54,179 nucleotides of DNA from a virus (Duplodnaviria; Caudoviricetes): IMG/VR virus record IMGVR_UViG_3300037311_000274, positions 1-54,179 of that record; one strand, written 5' to 3'. Made by a program: the position numbers and the translations under genes. Positions 20,200-29,728 of this stretch are shown here, piece after piece (the stretch's first letter is position 1; every line of letters begins with the position of its first letter). The notes beneath the pieces were generated by a model. That model worked only from the letters and a program-made list of their open reading frames with translations. It did no database searches and was not told the origin of the DNA.

Positions 20200-21339
20200 A
20201 TGAAATTTGGAAGTTTGTTTAGCGGGATTGGTGGGTTCGATTTGGGGTTTGAACGGGCGGGGATGCAATGCGTATGGCAAAGCGAAATATATCCCCCTGC
20301 GCGTCGACTCCTGAAACGCCATTACCCCAATGTTCAACTGAAAGGGGATATTCAATTTGAACGATTTGAAGCAGTTGACCTTATTTGCAGAGGATTTCCC
20401 TGCCAAGATGTCTCCACTGCCGGACGCCGGGCGGGACTGGTTGGAGAGCGCAGCGGACTTTGGTTCGCGTTCCTTGATGTTTTACAACGCAATAAGCCGG
20501 AGTGGGTTGTTATCGAAAATGTCCCCGGTTTGTTATCCAGCAACGCCGGACGGGACTTTGCCACCATCCTTTACGGGTTGGGGGAATGCGGGTATCGCGT
20601 GGCATGGCGAGTCCTTAACTCTCAATATTTCGGAGTCCCCCAGCGCCGCCGCCGAGTGTTCATTGTTGGGCATCTTGGAGACGGACGCGCCGCAGAAGTA
20701 TTATTTGAGCGCGAAAGCGGCGAGGGGTATTCTCGCCCGCGCCAAGAAACGCAAAAAGACGCTCCCACCGTTATTGGAACACTTCTTGCAAGTGGCGCAG
20801 GTTCAGCCCGCAGCGGCGGCAACCGCAACGAGGTTGACCTGCTTATCCCGACAAACAACGGGATACCGCAAGTTAAATCGTTTAACTGCTTACCCCAAAC
20901 GTTATTCCGCCACAACGATTATGCAAACTATACCGTAGATACCAACTCATCAGCCCTAAGAGCGCAAGCCAGACATCATAGCGATTTGGTTGTGATCGCG
21001 TTAGATTCGCGCAATATGCAATCCAGTCTAATTGTTGGCACATTACACCAGAACCCCCTCAATGTGTATTACAGTCAAGATTTTAATCAAGACCGCATTT
21101 ATTCATCGTCAGGAATTGCCCCGGCGCTTACAGCCAGCGACAGCGCAAAATCACGACGAATATTGACATCGTTTGGGGTGCGGCGGCTAACCCCATTGGA
21201 ATGTGAACGGTTACAGGGTTTCCCTGATGATTGGACTGCTGGCGAGTCGGACACGGCGCGGTATGCCGTGTTGGGCAATGCGGTCACGGTACCGGTAGCA
21301 CAGTGGTTGGGGGAGAGGATTATGGCATGTCGGCATTAG
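20200..21339 (+). CDS. DNA (cytosine-5)-methyltransferase
   Basis: FSGIGG (I), GFPCQ (IV), ENVPG (VI), PQRRRRVF (VIII), RRLTPLECERLQGFP (IX), GNAV (X). Confidence 0.95.
   Translation: MKFGSLFSGIGGFDLGFERAGMQCVWQSEIYPPARRLLKRHYPNVQLKGDIQFERFEAVDLICRGFPCQDVSTAGRRAGLVGERSGLWFAFLDVLQRNKPEWVVIENVPGLLSSNAGRDFATILYGLGECGYRVAWRVLNSQYFGVPQRRRRVFIVGHLGDGRAAEVLFERESGEGYSRPRQETQKDAPTVIGTLLASGAGSARSGGNRNEVDLLIPTNNGIPQVKSFNCLPQTLFRHNDYANYTVDTNSSALRAQARHHSDLVVIALDSRNMQSSLIVGTLHQNPLNVYYSQDFNQDRIYSSSGIAPALTASDSAKSRRILTSFGVRRLTPLECERLQGFPDDWTAGESDTARYAVLGNAVTVPVAQWLGERIMACRH
20357..20938 (+). CDS. overprinted ORF within the C5-MTase, resembling the M.EcoHK31I beta-type polypeptide
   Basis: 193 open codons in the +1 frame; TTG start 8 nt after AAAGGGGA; WGNAGIAWHGESLTLN...ECSLLGILETDAPQKYYLS motif. 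Confidence 0.65.
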   Translation: MNDLKQLTLFAEDFPAKMSPLPDAGRDWLESAADFGSRSLMFYNAISRSGLLSKMSPVCYPATPDGTLPPSFTGWGNAGIAWHGESLTLNISESPSAAAECSLLGILETDAPQKYYLSAKAARGILARAKKRKKTLPPLLEHFLQVAQVQPAAAATATRLTCLSRQTTGYRKLNRLTAYPKRYSATTIMQTIP

Positions 21340-21680
21340 GACGGCGCAAGCAGGATGTGATGAAATATATGCTGTGGCAGCAACACAGTTGGCAGCAATA
21401 TTTACGCATGATGGCAAATTCGGAAACCCAACAAGTCATTGAGTATCGGCAGAAATTGGCAGTCCAATCCCAGATGCTACAAGCGGTCATGGTCAGTATC
21501 AGCATGGATAAAGTTCCCACCGATAAAGCGATACGCATTTGGTGGGTATGGGTGCGCCGGATGGCTTTTGCAAATGTTATCTGGGGGAATGATTGGGATA
21601 GTGCGCGGGCGTATCGCACAAAGCATAGAGAAAAACGTGATTTAGAATTGAGAAAGGTTCAAGATGCTAAATATAGATAA
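21327..21680 (+). CDS. hypothetical protein
   Basis: RBS GGAGAGG; overlaps both neighbours. Confidence 0.6.
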   Translation: MSALGRRKQDVMKYMLWQQHSWQQYLRMMANSETQQVIEYRQKLAVQSQMLQAVMVSISMDKVPTDKAIRIWWVWVRRMAFANVIWGNDWDSARAYRTKHREKRDLELRKVQDAKYR

Positions 21681-22899
21681 AGCCAATGCTAAAGCTGCCA
21701 TTGTTGAAGTGCTTGCAGTATACAAAGCTATTACGGATTTGGGTGACATCAATCAAATTGCGATTGATGCACTAATTGAAAAACAATTAGACGTGTCTGC
21801 CATTGCCGATATTAAAAAACAGCACGGCATCAGCAGTGCCAATGCCGTTGTCATAGAAATCATTTATGGCGAACTGATAAAAAGATTTGACAACGCTACG
21901 CCCGAAGATTCCCCTACCACAGACTACCCCTATAGCATCATTGAAATAACAAGAGATAACGCCAAGTATGGCGCGATGTGGCGAGGTGAAGCCAAAAACA
22001 AAGACGGCAAAGAAATCAAAGTGAACATCTTCCAGAACACGAAAGACCCAAGCCGGGATAATCTGACATGGTTTGGTGAAGTACAAAAACAAGACATGCT
22101 AGGCATGGCAATGGGCGAAACGCGCACTTGCTTTATTCCGGCACAAGTGATTTATAACGAAACAACCGGATTTTATAATCTGGTTGCAATAGACAATGAA
22201 AATGCTACGATTTATTTCAAAGAGCCGGAAGACGACGGATTAACTGAGGAGCAGGCTGAGATTGCAGCGGAAACCTTTGATTTGCTGGCTAATCCTTTCG
22301 TGGTGATGGATTTTGAAACCACCGAGATTGACCCCAAGGTGTGCGATATTGTGGAGATAGGCATTATCAATCAGGATGGCGATACTCTGCTGCATCAATT
22401 AATTAAGCCAAGCCGTGCGATTACGGATGGTGCATATCGCAAACACGGTTTGTCTACGGGGGATTTGGCAGAAGCCCTAACCATTGATGATTTTGTTCAT
22501 CAACTGAAAGCGGTGATTGAAGACGCCAAAATCATCGTTGCCTATAACGCTGATTACGAAAAAACAATTTTGCAGCGATTGTTTGCCCAACACGAAATTG
22601 AGATGCCTTCCATTAAATGGGTTGACCCCATGCGATGGTTTGCTCAATGGTATGGGGAAACGCGACACAATGGGGATTATCGCTGGCAAAAGCTGGAAAC
22701 CGCGGTCTCGGTGTTAAAAGTAACGCCGCCGGAAGGTGGATTTCATCGTGCCATCGGCGATTGTAAAGCCACGCTGGGCATTATTAAGGCGATGGCAGCG
22801 CGGCATGTTGACCAAGATGATGAACCGGATTACGAAGCAAATGCTGATGAACGTGATTATTTACCGCCTGCGGGTGATATGGCAGATATTCCGTTTTAA
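21664..22899 (+). CDS. DEDDh 3'-5' exonuclease (DnaQ-like) with N-terminal extension and acidic DIPF tail
   Basis: VMDFETT (ExoI), AYNADYE (ExoII), HRAIGDC (ExoIII); ends DMADIPF. Confidence 0.88.
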   Translation: MLNIDKANAKAAIVEVLAVYKAITDLGDINQIAIDALIEKQLDVSAIADIKKQHGISSANAVVIEIIYGELIKRFDNATPEDSPTTDYPYSIIEITRDNAKYGAMWRGEAKNKDGKEIKVNIFQNTKDPSRDNLTWFGEVQKQDMLGMAMGETRTCFIPAQVIYNETTGFYNLVAIDNENATIYFKEPEDDGLTEEQAEIAAETFDLLANPFVVMDFETTEIDPKVCDIVEIGIINQDGDTLLHQLIKPSRAITDGAYRKHGLSTGDLAEALTIDDFVHQLKAVIEDAKIIVAYNADYEKTILQRLFAQHEIEMPSIKWVDPMRWFAQWYGETRHNGDYRWQKLETAVSVLKVTPPEGGFHRAIGDCKATLGIIKAMAARHVDQDDEPDYEANADERDYLPPAGDMADIPF

Positions 22900-22953
22900 A
22901 ATTATCTTCCCCTTGCACAGCAGGGCAAGGGGTTTCCGTGAAGGGGAAAACGC

Positions 22954-23448
22954 ATGTGGACATTTACACCCAATAAAAAACAAGCGACGCTGAATGTGCC
23001 ATACATTGAAGATGCAAGACAAGATTTTGCGCCTTACTACAGCGTCAGCGGGCATGGTAAAGGTATTAATGATGCTCTCAATGCTTTATCTGCCGAATTC
23101 GGCAAGTTGGACGCATTAATAACCAATGTTGAAGATGGTGTTTTTACCGTCAATGGGCAGGAACGGCACGGCTACAACATTCATTTTATTATGGGGGGTG
23201 TGCCGGGTGTAATTCGGGCTGCCGGACTGCCGATACGCAAACATACACAAGTGCGAGAAACGGCAGTGCGTGTGCAATGTCTTCTTATTATCCGGGATTG
23301 GCTAAAAGCGGCGGTTACTGCCAGAGTGTTTAATCCATATAGCCATCCCCTCATCCCTCATTTGCTGCTGCCCGATGGTGTGACCACCATCGCAGAACAT
23401 ATTAATCAAGCGGGGACATTGCCAATGTTGACGGATGGTAGACCATGA
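22954..23448 (+). CDS. hypothetical phage protein
   Basis: RBS AAGGGG; 164-aa ORF coupled to the next gene. Confidence 0.7.
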   Translation: MWTFTPNKKQATLNVPYIEDARQDFAPYYSVSGHGKGINDALNALSAEFGKLDALITNVEDGVFTVNGQERHGYNIHFIMGGVPGVIRAAGLPIRKHTQVRETAVRVQCLLIIRDWLKAAVTARVFNPYSHPLIPHLLLPDGVTTIAEHINQAGTLPMLTDGRP

Positions 23449-24002
23449 TTTTTCAGGAAACATGGCGATGGGTAGTGTGGCAATCGGTGAATACCAAGTT
23501 GCCCAAGACACAAACGCGGCGGTTGGTAAAAAATGGGGAATATGGCATCCTGAATCCTGATATGTCTGGCACTTATACCCAAGTGCTAAATGCGAATCGG
23601 CGGATTTTGTATGAGGTTGGGCATACTTATCCGGTGATTGCGGCGCGATGCTTGCCAATGGTTCACATTCGACCTGACGGTTTGGCTGTGGAGAACGTTC
23701 ACCAAGATAAGGTGTATATGCAAGCGGAGAGTTATAAATCCACTGGGTATCGTCCGGCACGGGTTCGCATTACGCGGATTCGGCGGGAAGATGTGCGGGG
23801 TATATCCAATGAAGACAGGGCGACTGAGGGTTTTCAGCACGCCCGCGATTTTTTGCATATGTGGCTGAAGATAAACGACCCGACTTTACACAAACAAATT
23901 TGGGGAGAGAAAGCGTTATACGCCCGCCCTCTTAAATATTATGAGGCGTGGGTTTATGACTTTGAGTTTGTTGGGGAACGGGCAATAGGCATTGCAGGCT
24001 AG
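23445..24002 (+). CDS. ASCH-domain-like protein
   Basis: KTQTRR, VRITRIRREDVRGIS.ED...EGF, F...W..I, WVYDF motifs. Confidence 0.75.
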   Translation: MIFQETWRWVVWQSVNTKLPKTQTRRLVKNGEYGILNPDMSGTYTQVLNANRRILYEVGHTYPVIAARCLPMVHIRPDGLAVENVHQDKVYMQAESYKSTGYRPARVRITRIRREDVRGISNEDRATEGFQHARDFLHMWLKINDPTLHKQIWGEKALYARPLKYYEAWVYDFEFVGERAIGIAG

Positions 24003-24043
24003 ACCCTCTATCCGGCACAGAAAAAGTGTGCTAAGATAACATT

Positions 24044-24155
24044 ATCACGGTGGCACATCCAACACCCTCACCTGTGCCAAACATTTCATCAAGTGTGTTT
24101 CCCCCGCACTTGACTAACGGACGCAGAAAGCAAGACGGGCGAATAGCCCGTTTTG
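24044..24155 (+). ncRNA. candidate small structured RNA
   Basis: Extended -10 TGcTAAGAT just upstream; stems TGGCACA/TGTGCCA and TCAAGTGTG/CGCACTTGA; terminator GACGGGC-GAATA-GCCCGTTTT. Confidence 0.35.
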
Positions 24156-24232
24156 TGATTCTACATCCGGTCTGGATAATGCCATGCTACGATAAGAGTG
24201 CATTGTTCAAATGTTCTACAGCATGGGGTAAG

Positions 24233-25345
24233 ATGTATATCCAGATTGTGCAACTTGGGGATGTATCGCTGCACCTGCATCATCAGGAGTGGCATGGTGA
24301 GCGCATCAAGGCACGCGGCAAAGCCGAAGAATTGCTAGACTCGTATCGCGTGGCGCTGCCCAATTTGCCCGTTGTACCAGACGTGCGTGAAGTCTCGCTC
24401 AAAGCCGTGCTGTATGGCGATGGGGGGCGTACCGCAAGTCAATTGTCGCATTTGCTGAAAGGAATGCTGGGGCGACAAATTGACATCATCGGTGTGGAAG
24501 TGGTGATGAATCAGGTGGATATTGCATGGACAGGCTGTGCTTGCTGCCACTGCCCGCCCGCTGTGTTGTGGCTGCATACTCGCGGACGCATCACCGACAT
24601 CAACATAGAGAGTGATGATTATCATTCGTATACTGTTGAGTTGGATTTGGAATTTAATAGTTATTGGAAACCATTAAATCCTGTTTTATGGCATTATGAA
24701 CGGCGAGATTTGGCAAAGCCGTTCAAAAACAGGGGAATTGCCCCCACACTCCCCCTCACCCAAGTGCTGCCCTATCCGGCGCTGGAAGATTTTTTCCGGC
24801 ATGAGCAGTATATGGTTTGGCAAAAGACCGTATACAGCAATACGGGTTGGCATTATGACCCTCAGTATTTTGTGGCGCTGCACAGTTTTGATGATACGGT
24901 GCTGCCCGCGCTGCGGTATACCCACGATTGGCGGACGGGTCCGGTGTGGAATCGTGTCTTGATTGATAGACAACGCTGGTCAGCCTCCCCCATCAGTGTT
25001 TATGTGTTCAAAAATCTGGTGGGGGTGCCAGAAATTAGCATCACCATTGAACATGAGGATGACATTTTTCAAGTGTCTTCGGATACCGTAACGGTGGATA
25101 TGAGTATCGTAAATATATTGATGACGGATGCCAGCTATACCCTCCAAAATACGGACTGGATTGTATTGGGGGATGTTGAGCAGCAGCCGGGGTTTGTCAT
25201 GCGGAATGGGAGTATCTTAATCCCAATTGCGTCTGCCGTGCAGCGCAGCGGTGGAGCATGGGCGGGGCAACTACAACCGGGTTTAAACCGGATTCGGATT
25301 GCAGGCGGGCAATTCGCACAACATCATATTTTTAGGAGACTGTGA
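24233..25345 (+). CDS. putative distal tail (Dit-like) protein
   Basis: First structural-looking gene after the insert; ends LQPGLNRIRI...HIFRRL, typical of Dit C-termini. Confidence 0.6.
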   Translation: MYIQIVQLGDVSLHLHHQEWHGERIKARGKAEELLDSYRVALPNLPVVPDVREVSLKAVLYGDGGRTASQLSHLLKGMLGRQIDIIGVEVVMNQVDIAWTGCACCHCPPAVLWLHTRGRITDINIESDDYHSYTVELDLEFNSYWKPLNPVLWHYERRDLAKPFKNRGIAPTLPLTQVLPYPALEDFFRHEQYMVWQKTVYSNTGWHYDPQYFVALHSFDDTVLPALRYTHDWRTGPVWNRVLIDRQRWSASPISVYVFKNLVGVPEISITIEHEDDIFQVSSDTVTVDMSIVNILMTDASYTLQNTDWIVLGDVEQQPGFVMRNGSILIPIASAVQRSGGAWAGQLQPGLNRIRIAGGQFAQHHIFRRL

Positions 25346-26886
25346 TGTTATATGCCGTGCTGAATAACCAAGAGATACCTGTATCTGCATTTGATATGCG
25401 GTTGGTGGAAAAACGTATTCCTGAGTTTAACGTGACCATACCAGCGCCTTATCTTGGCACGACGCCCAATGATATTATCTTTGCGGATATTGGGGTGTAT
25501 CGAGATGGTAATCCGTTCATCAGTGGCATTGTAAGCGCCTATCCGCAGCCTGCGGTTTATCAAGGACAGCAAGGATTTTACAAGTTGGCGTGTGATGGTG
25601 AAGTGGGACGACTCTATTTGGAATTGGCAGCCGATGTGCAGTTCCAAGATGTGCCGATTTCAGTTGTCATCTCGACCTTGCTGGCGACTGCCCAAGATTC
25701 TAATTGGTTGCTGGATGATATTACGACGCTGCAAAATGATAACATCACCATTGATGTTCGGGACCGTGAAAGCCTGTGGGCGCAAATTGAACAGGTATTC
25801 AAACGGGCAAGCGTTCCCACTTTCTGGCGTTATGGTGGGATGAGTGGTGGTAATCACCTTTTAAACATCGGCAGCTTCGGGGAGCAGTCGCCCACATACC
25901 GGGCAATACAGGGTGAAAATATTATCGGCAGACCGGATTACAAACAGGCAACCCGAACACCGATTTTGCAATTACGTCCCATCAGTGGGCGTGTAGGATT
26001 GAAGCCAGTGGCTTTAAGCGAAGCCTTGGGCATTAACCCCGGTTTAGCCAGCGACCCAGATTACCCGCTGGACGCTGCCAGCGAGAGCGTTTTGAATGCG
26101 GGATTGAGCCGTGGGCGACGTTTGCGAAAACGCTTCACCGACATCAAGACCGAAAATGCAGATAACCCGACAACGGAAGAAAGACAAGAAGCTGCTTTGA
26201 GTTTGTATCGGTCAGCCCGGCGTGAGATGGTTGCCAGTGAGCCGTATGAAACCCTTAGCCTTGATGTGGCACTGCCCTTCCAACCGGAATTGCACAATAT
26301 GATGTATGTTGATACACAAGTGCGCGAATTGGTGTACGATGACTACACCGAGTCTGCTGAGTGGGTAGATACATTGACACGACAGGGATGGTATCGGATT
26401 ACGGGGATTAAATATAAACATAAAGCCCCGTATGCCATCAGCGATTCAATTACTGAAACACAATTCATGGTGGATACTTATGAGGTTGACCTGACCAGCG
26501 GCAGCGATACGGATGAATATGACGAATCGGCACTGGTCATGGATAAATTAGAGACCAATGACCTGCAAGACAATACGGGAGTCATTGTAGGCGTTTTGGA
26601 TAGCGTAGCCGTCACAGTGACCGAAACTGGACAAGCGCCCGACTGCGATTACAGCGGACCCAGCACAGGCAAAATTTTCACATTTGGGATGCCGAGCATT
26701 CCAAGTGGGGCAACACAGGTTTCCGCCAGCGTTATCAGCACGAGTGCTAATGTGGGATGGGCGATTGACCAAGTGGCACGGATTAGTCCGTTGCAAGATT
26801 ACCAGTTATGTGTATCGGGACCCGGTGGTGTACCGTGGACAATTGCCCACAATGTCACGATTACAGTGCTATATTCATTTACATAG
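25345..26886 (+). CDS. putative tail tip/hub (Tal-like) protein
   Basis: Synteny; VYRDGNPFISG and YRITGIKY hub-like motifs. Confidence 0.6.
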   Translation: MLYAVLNNQEIPVSAFDMRLVEKRIPEFNVTIPAPYLGTTPNDIIFADIGVYRDGNPFISGIVSAYPQPAVYQGQQGFYKLACDGEVGRLYLELAADVQFQDVPISVVISTLLATAQDSNWLLDDITTLQNDNITIDVRDRESLWAQIEQVFKRASVPTFWRYGGMSGGNHLLNIGSFGEQSPTYRAIQGENIIGRPDYKQATRTPILQLRPISGRVGLKPVALSEALGINPGLASDPDYPLDAASESVLNAGLSRGRRLRKRFTDIKTENADNPTTEERQEAALSLYRSARREMVASEPYETLSLDVALPFQPELHNMMYVDTQVRELVYDDYTESAEWVDTLTRQGWYRITGIKYKHKAPYAISDSITETQFMVDTYEVDLTSGSDTDEYDESALVMDKLETNDLQDNTGVIVGVLDSVAVTVTETGQAPDCDYSGPSTGKIFTFGMPSIPSGATQVSASVISTSANVGWAIDQVARISPLQDYQLCVSGPGGVPWTIAHNVTITVLYSFT

Positions 26887-26895
26887 GATGTCGTT

Positions 26896-28275
26896 ATGCC
26901 TCAGCCCAATTGCAACCCGATACTTGATTTCCAACCCTTCGGGGATGGGTGTGACGCCATTGGCGGAATAAAAGCCGCATTAGAACGGATTGGCGAGACT
27001 TATTGCGAAGAATGCAACGCCGCGGTGTTATCTACTGTGGTGGAGTCCCAATTTGTGGACGTGGGTTGGGGCGGCATCGAAAATGTTCCCGGTCAATGTC
27101 ATACGCTTTGGGTGCAGCGCAGCGATGGACGGATTTATATGTCCTTTGACCGCGACAATGAATGGGCAACATGGAGCCTGATTTATGACCCGTTGACGGC
27201 GAACAGCATTCCCCCCCGCTATCAATATGGGTTGCAAGTAAACCGATACGACGATAACACCATTTTGGTAGGGGTTGGAGATGCTGTGGTGGATGGCACC
27301 TTAGCCACAAAAAACACGTTGACACTGCTGGCACTTGGCACGGCGGGTAACTGGATAGGCGGGGTATCCGGTGAGGCAAACAACCAATATATTCATGTGT
27401 ATATGGATAAGTTTGGGAACTTGCGCCTACACAACCACATGCCCAACTACAGCCATCCCAGCACCAATAATCGCGCCTTCGTTGGGCGCGTGAATCAAGC
27501 GGGTTGGGTTGGAACAACTGGATTGGGACTCAATGCGACCAGTATTGTCTATGATACCGACACGGGGGAAGACAATATCCGACCCGGCATGTTGTTGGGG
27601 GTGTATACGGATGCCAATTATACGACTGGACGAGGACGAGGAACCAGCGGGGGGGGCAATGTTAACAATGCCTCGTTTGCGTTAATTACCGCAGTCAACA
27701 CCGGCACCAATACCATTACGGTTGAAGCTGGGCATAATATCGCGCTGAGAGATAATGATTATCTCATCGCTATTGAACATGGCGAACTGATGTATCGCTT
27801 AGAAGGCGCAACTTGGTGGCGGCACTTGGGCATGGTGTGGAATGGCAATAGTGGTCTACTGAGCAATTCACGTTTTCGAGACGTGGCGGCAACGAATCTT
27901 AGCGGGGCTTCCGACCCGTCTACCACATCAACCTCATTTACAGATGTCGATTCGGTCAACCTGACGTTGACCATACTCGCCAATGGAAAACCCATGGAAA
28001 TCGGGTTTTATGGGTCCGGTATTTCCAATGGCAATTATGGGTATATCAATTTTTCACAAGACTACTTGGGTGTTGTTCCTAACGATGGTATTTTGGCATT
28101 TTACAATGTGATTACCCCATTGTCCTTTGTGCATCAGCGCATAGGGGTTTTACCCGGTACGCACATTTACAACTTACAATGGAAAGTAGCATCAGGTGGC
28201 ACGGCGACCTTATATGCTGCGTCAACATTGGCTTTAGCGATGCGTCCACACTTTAGCGTGAGAGTAACACCATGA
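26896..28275 (+). CDS. tail fibre/receptor-binding protein
   Basis: Gly/Thr/Asn-rich beta sequence; C-terminal STTSTSFTDVD...PGTHIYNLQWKV domain. Confidence 0.65.
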   Translation: MPQPNCNPILDFQPFGDGCDAIGGIKAALERIGETYCEECNAAVLSTVVESQFVDVGWGGIENVPGQCHTLWVQRSDGRIYMSFDRDNEWATWSLIYDPLTANSIPPRYQYGLQVNRYDDNTILVGVGDAVVDGTLATKNTLTLLALGTAGNWIGGVSGEANNQYIHVYMDKFGNLRLHNHMPNYSHPSTNNRAFVGRVNQAGWVGTTGLGLNATSIVYDTDTGEDNIRPGMLLGVYTDANYTTGRGRGTSGGGNVNNASFALITAVNTGTNTITVEAGHNIALRDNDYLIAIEHGELMYRLEGATWWRHLGMVWNGNSGLLSNSRFRDVAATNLSGASDPSTTSTSFTDVDSVNLTLTILANGKPMEIGFYGSGISNGNYGYINFSQDYLGVVPNDGILAFYNVITPLSFVHQRIGVLPGTHIYNLQWKVASGGTATLYAASTLALAMRPHFSVRVTP

Positions 28276-28703
28276 ATATTCGGAGTCTCGACCAGTTAGC
28301 ACGAGGCATATTTGGAACGCACTGCACGGGGGTAAGCCGGGATGTTGAGGGACGGTATCAAATCAACCTCAGTCCAGATGCACCCGGTGATATGGTGTTG
28401 GCAGCCACAGAAATTGCCAATTGGGTTGAGCAATTGTTGGTGACTAGCACGACAACCAACTTGATTGCTGATGGGCAAAGCAGTGTCCTTATCAGTTGCA
28501 ATGACACGGTGGGGCAAAGCCAGTTCCGTTACTGGGTGTGGCATGATGGCAACGCCTATGATAGCGGCGTGGTCGCGGTAGAAAATGGCAAAGTTGAACT
28601 TGTTTTGGCAACGGAGCAAGGTGGGATATATGAAATAGATATGGCGTGGGACACAATGCCATATCCGTGCAGCAGTGTTCGCGTTGTGGCAGTGGAGGAT
28701 TAA
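28272..28703 (+). CDS. hypothetical tail-associated protein
   Basis: ATGA overlap with the fibre gene. Confidence 0.6.
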   Translation: MNIRSLDQLARGIFGTHCTGVSRDVEGRYQINLSPDAPGDMVLAATEIANWVEQLLVTSTTTNLIADGQSSVLISCNDTVGQSQFRYWVWHDGNAYDSGVVAVENGKVELVLATEQGGIYEIDMAWDTMPYPCSSVRVVAVED

Positions 28704-28918
28704 TGCCAACCGAGATTAAGCCGACCTCGGCAAAAGCAAAAAAGCGGGCAAGCAAAGCGGCGTTTAAGCCGCGGCGGGTGACGACGATATTAACCCAAAT
28801 TGATGCCGATTTGTTGGCACTGGAAGGCACGCCAACAGCGGGGGAACAGCGGCAGATTTTGCGGCGGATTTTACGGGTGCAGCGCCAAATCATTGACTAT
28901 TTGGCGGATGCAGATTAG
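28703..28918 (+). CDS. small basic hypothetical protein
   Basis: TAATG coupling with the upstream gene; RBS GGAGG. Confidence 0.6.
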   Translation: MPTEIKPTSAKAKKRASKAAFKPRRVTTILTQIDADLLALEGTPTAGEQRQILRRILRVQRQIIDYLADAD

Positions 28919-28927
28919 GCGGACACG

Positions 28928-29728
28928 ATGTTTGATATAGAGCAAATTCGACAACTGGAGGGGCTGACGATTGCGGGGTCAGTGTTGTTATTGATTGCTC
29001 TATTGTTGGCGGGGTATGCTATTCGCGGGATGTTCGGGATTACGAAGGGTAATCAAGACTATCGCCGCCAAAAGTTGGATGCAGAAAAAATTAAGTTGGC
29101 GGCTGACCAAGAAGAACGGGCGGCGCTGCATCGGCAGAATGATGAGATGTTGGCGCTGTATCGGGACAATTTGGATGCGATGAAAAAAGCCCATGAATTG
29201 TCCGCACAGCGGTTGGCGCTGGAAGAAAAGCGAGAAGAACAGCGCATTGAGAATGAAAGAACGGTCATTGAGTTGACCAAAGACAACATTACGGCGATTA
29301 AAGAAAACACCGCCACGCTGAAAAATCAGAATGAAACACTGGAGAAGTTTGTAGAAACCGTGACGGAGTCCATTGAAAAACTTGAAGCAATTATGCTGGA
29401 CTTTATTTCCAAAGCGGAAGAACGCGACCAGCAATTGGTTGATAAATTGTTGTCCGCTTTGCTGAAAGAGTTAAAACCTTCAATGGAGGCGATGGTAGCA
29501 ACACGCGAATCAATCACTAACATTGTAACTCCTGAGCAATTAGCGCAGTTCATTAGGCTATTGGAAGCAATCGAAAAAAACGTATTGAAAATCATTGAAA
29601 GGTATGACAAACATGAAAAAGTTACTGATGTGCCTGTTGTTGCTGTTGGTGTTGTCGCTGCTGATGTCCGTGCCGATGCTGGCACAGGAGCCACCGGAGA
29701 CGGCAGTTCTGCCGTTGCAGACGATTGA
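28928..29728 (+). CDS. membrane-anchored coiled-coil protein (lysis region)
   Basis: One N-terminal TM helix followed by a long heptad-rich region. Confidence 0.7.
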   Translation: MFDIEQIRQLEGLTIAGSVLLLIALLLAGYAIRGMFGITKGNQDYRRQKLDAEKIKLAADQEERAALHRQNDEMLALYRDNLDAMKKAHELSAQRLALEEKREEQRIENERTVIELTKDNITAIKENTATLKNQNETLEKFVETVTESIEKLEAIMLDFISKAEERDQQLVDKLLSALLKELKPSMEAMVATRESITNIVTPEQLAQFIRLLEAIEKNVLKIIERYDKHEKVTDVPVVAVGVVAADVRADAGTGATGDGSSAVADD

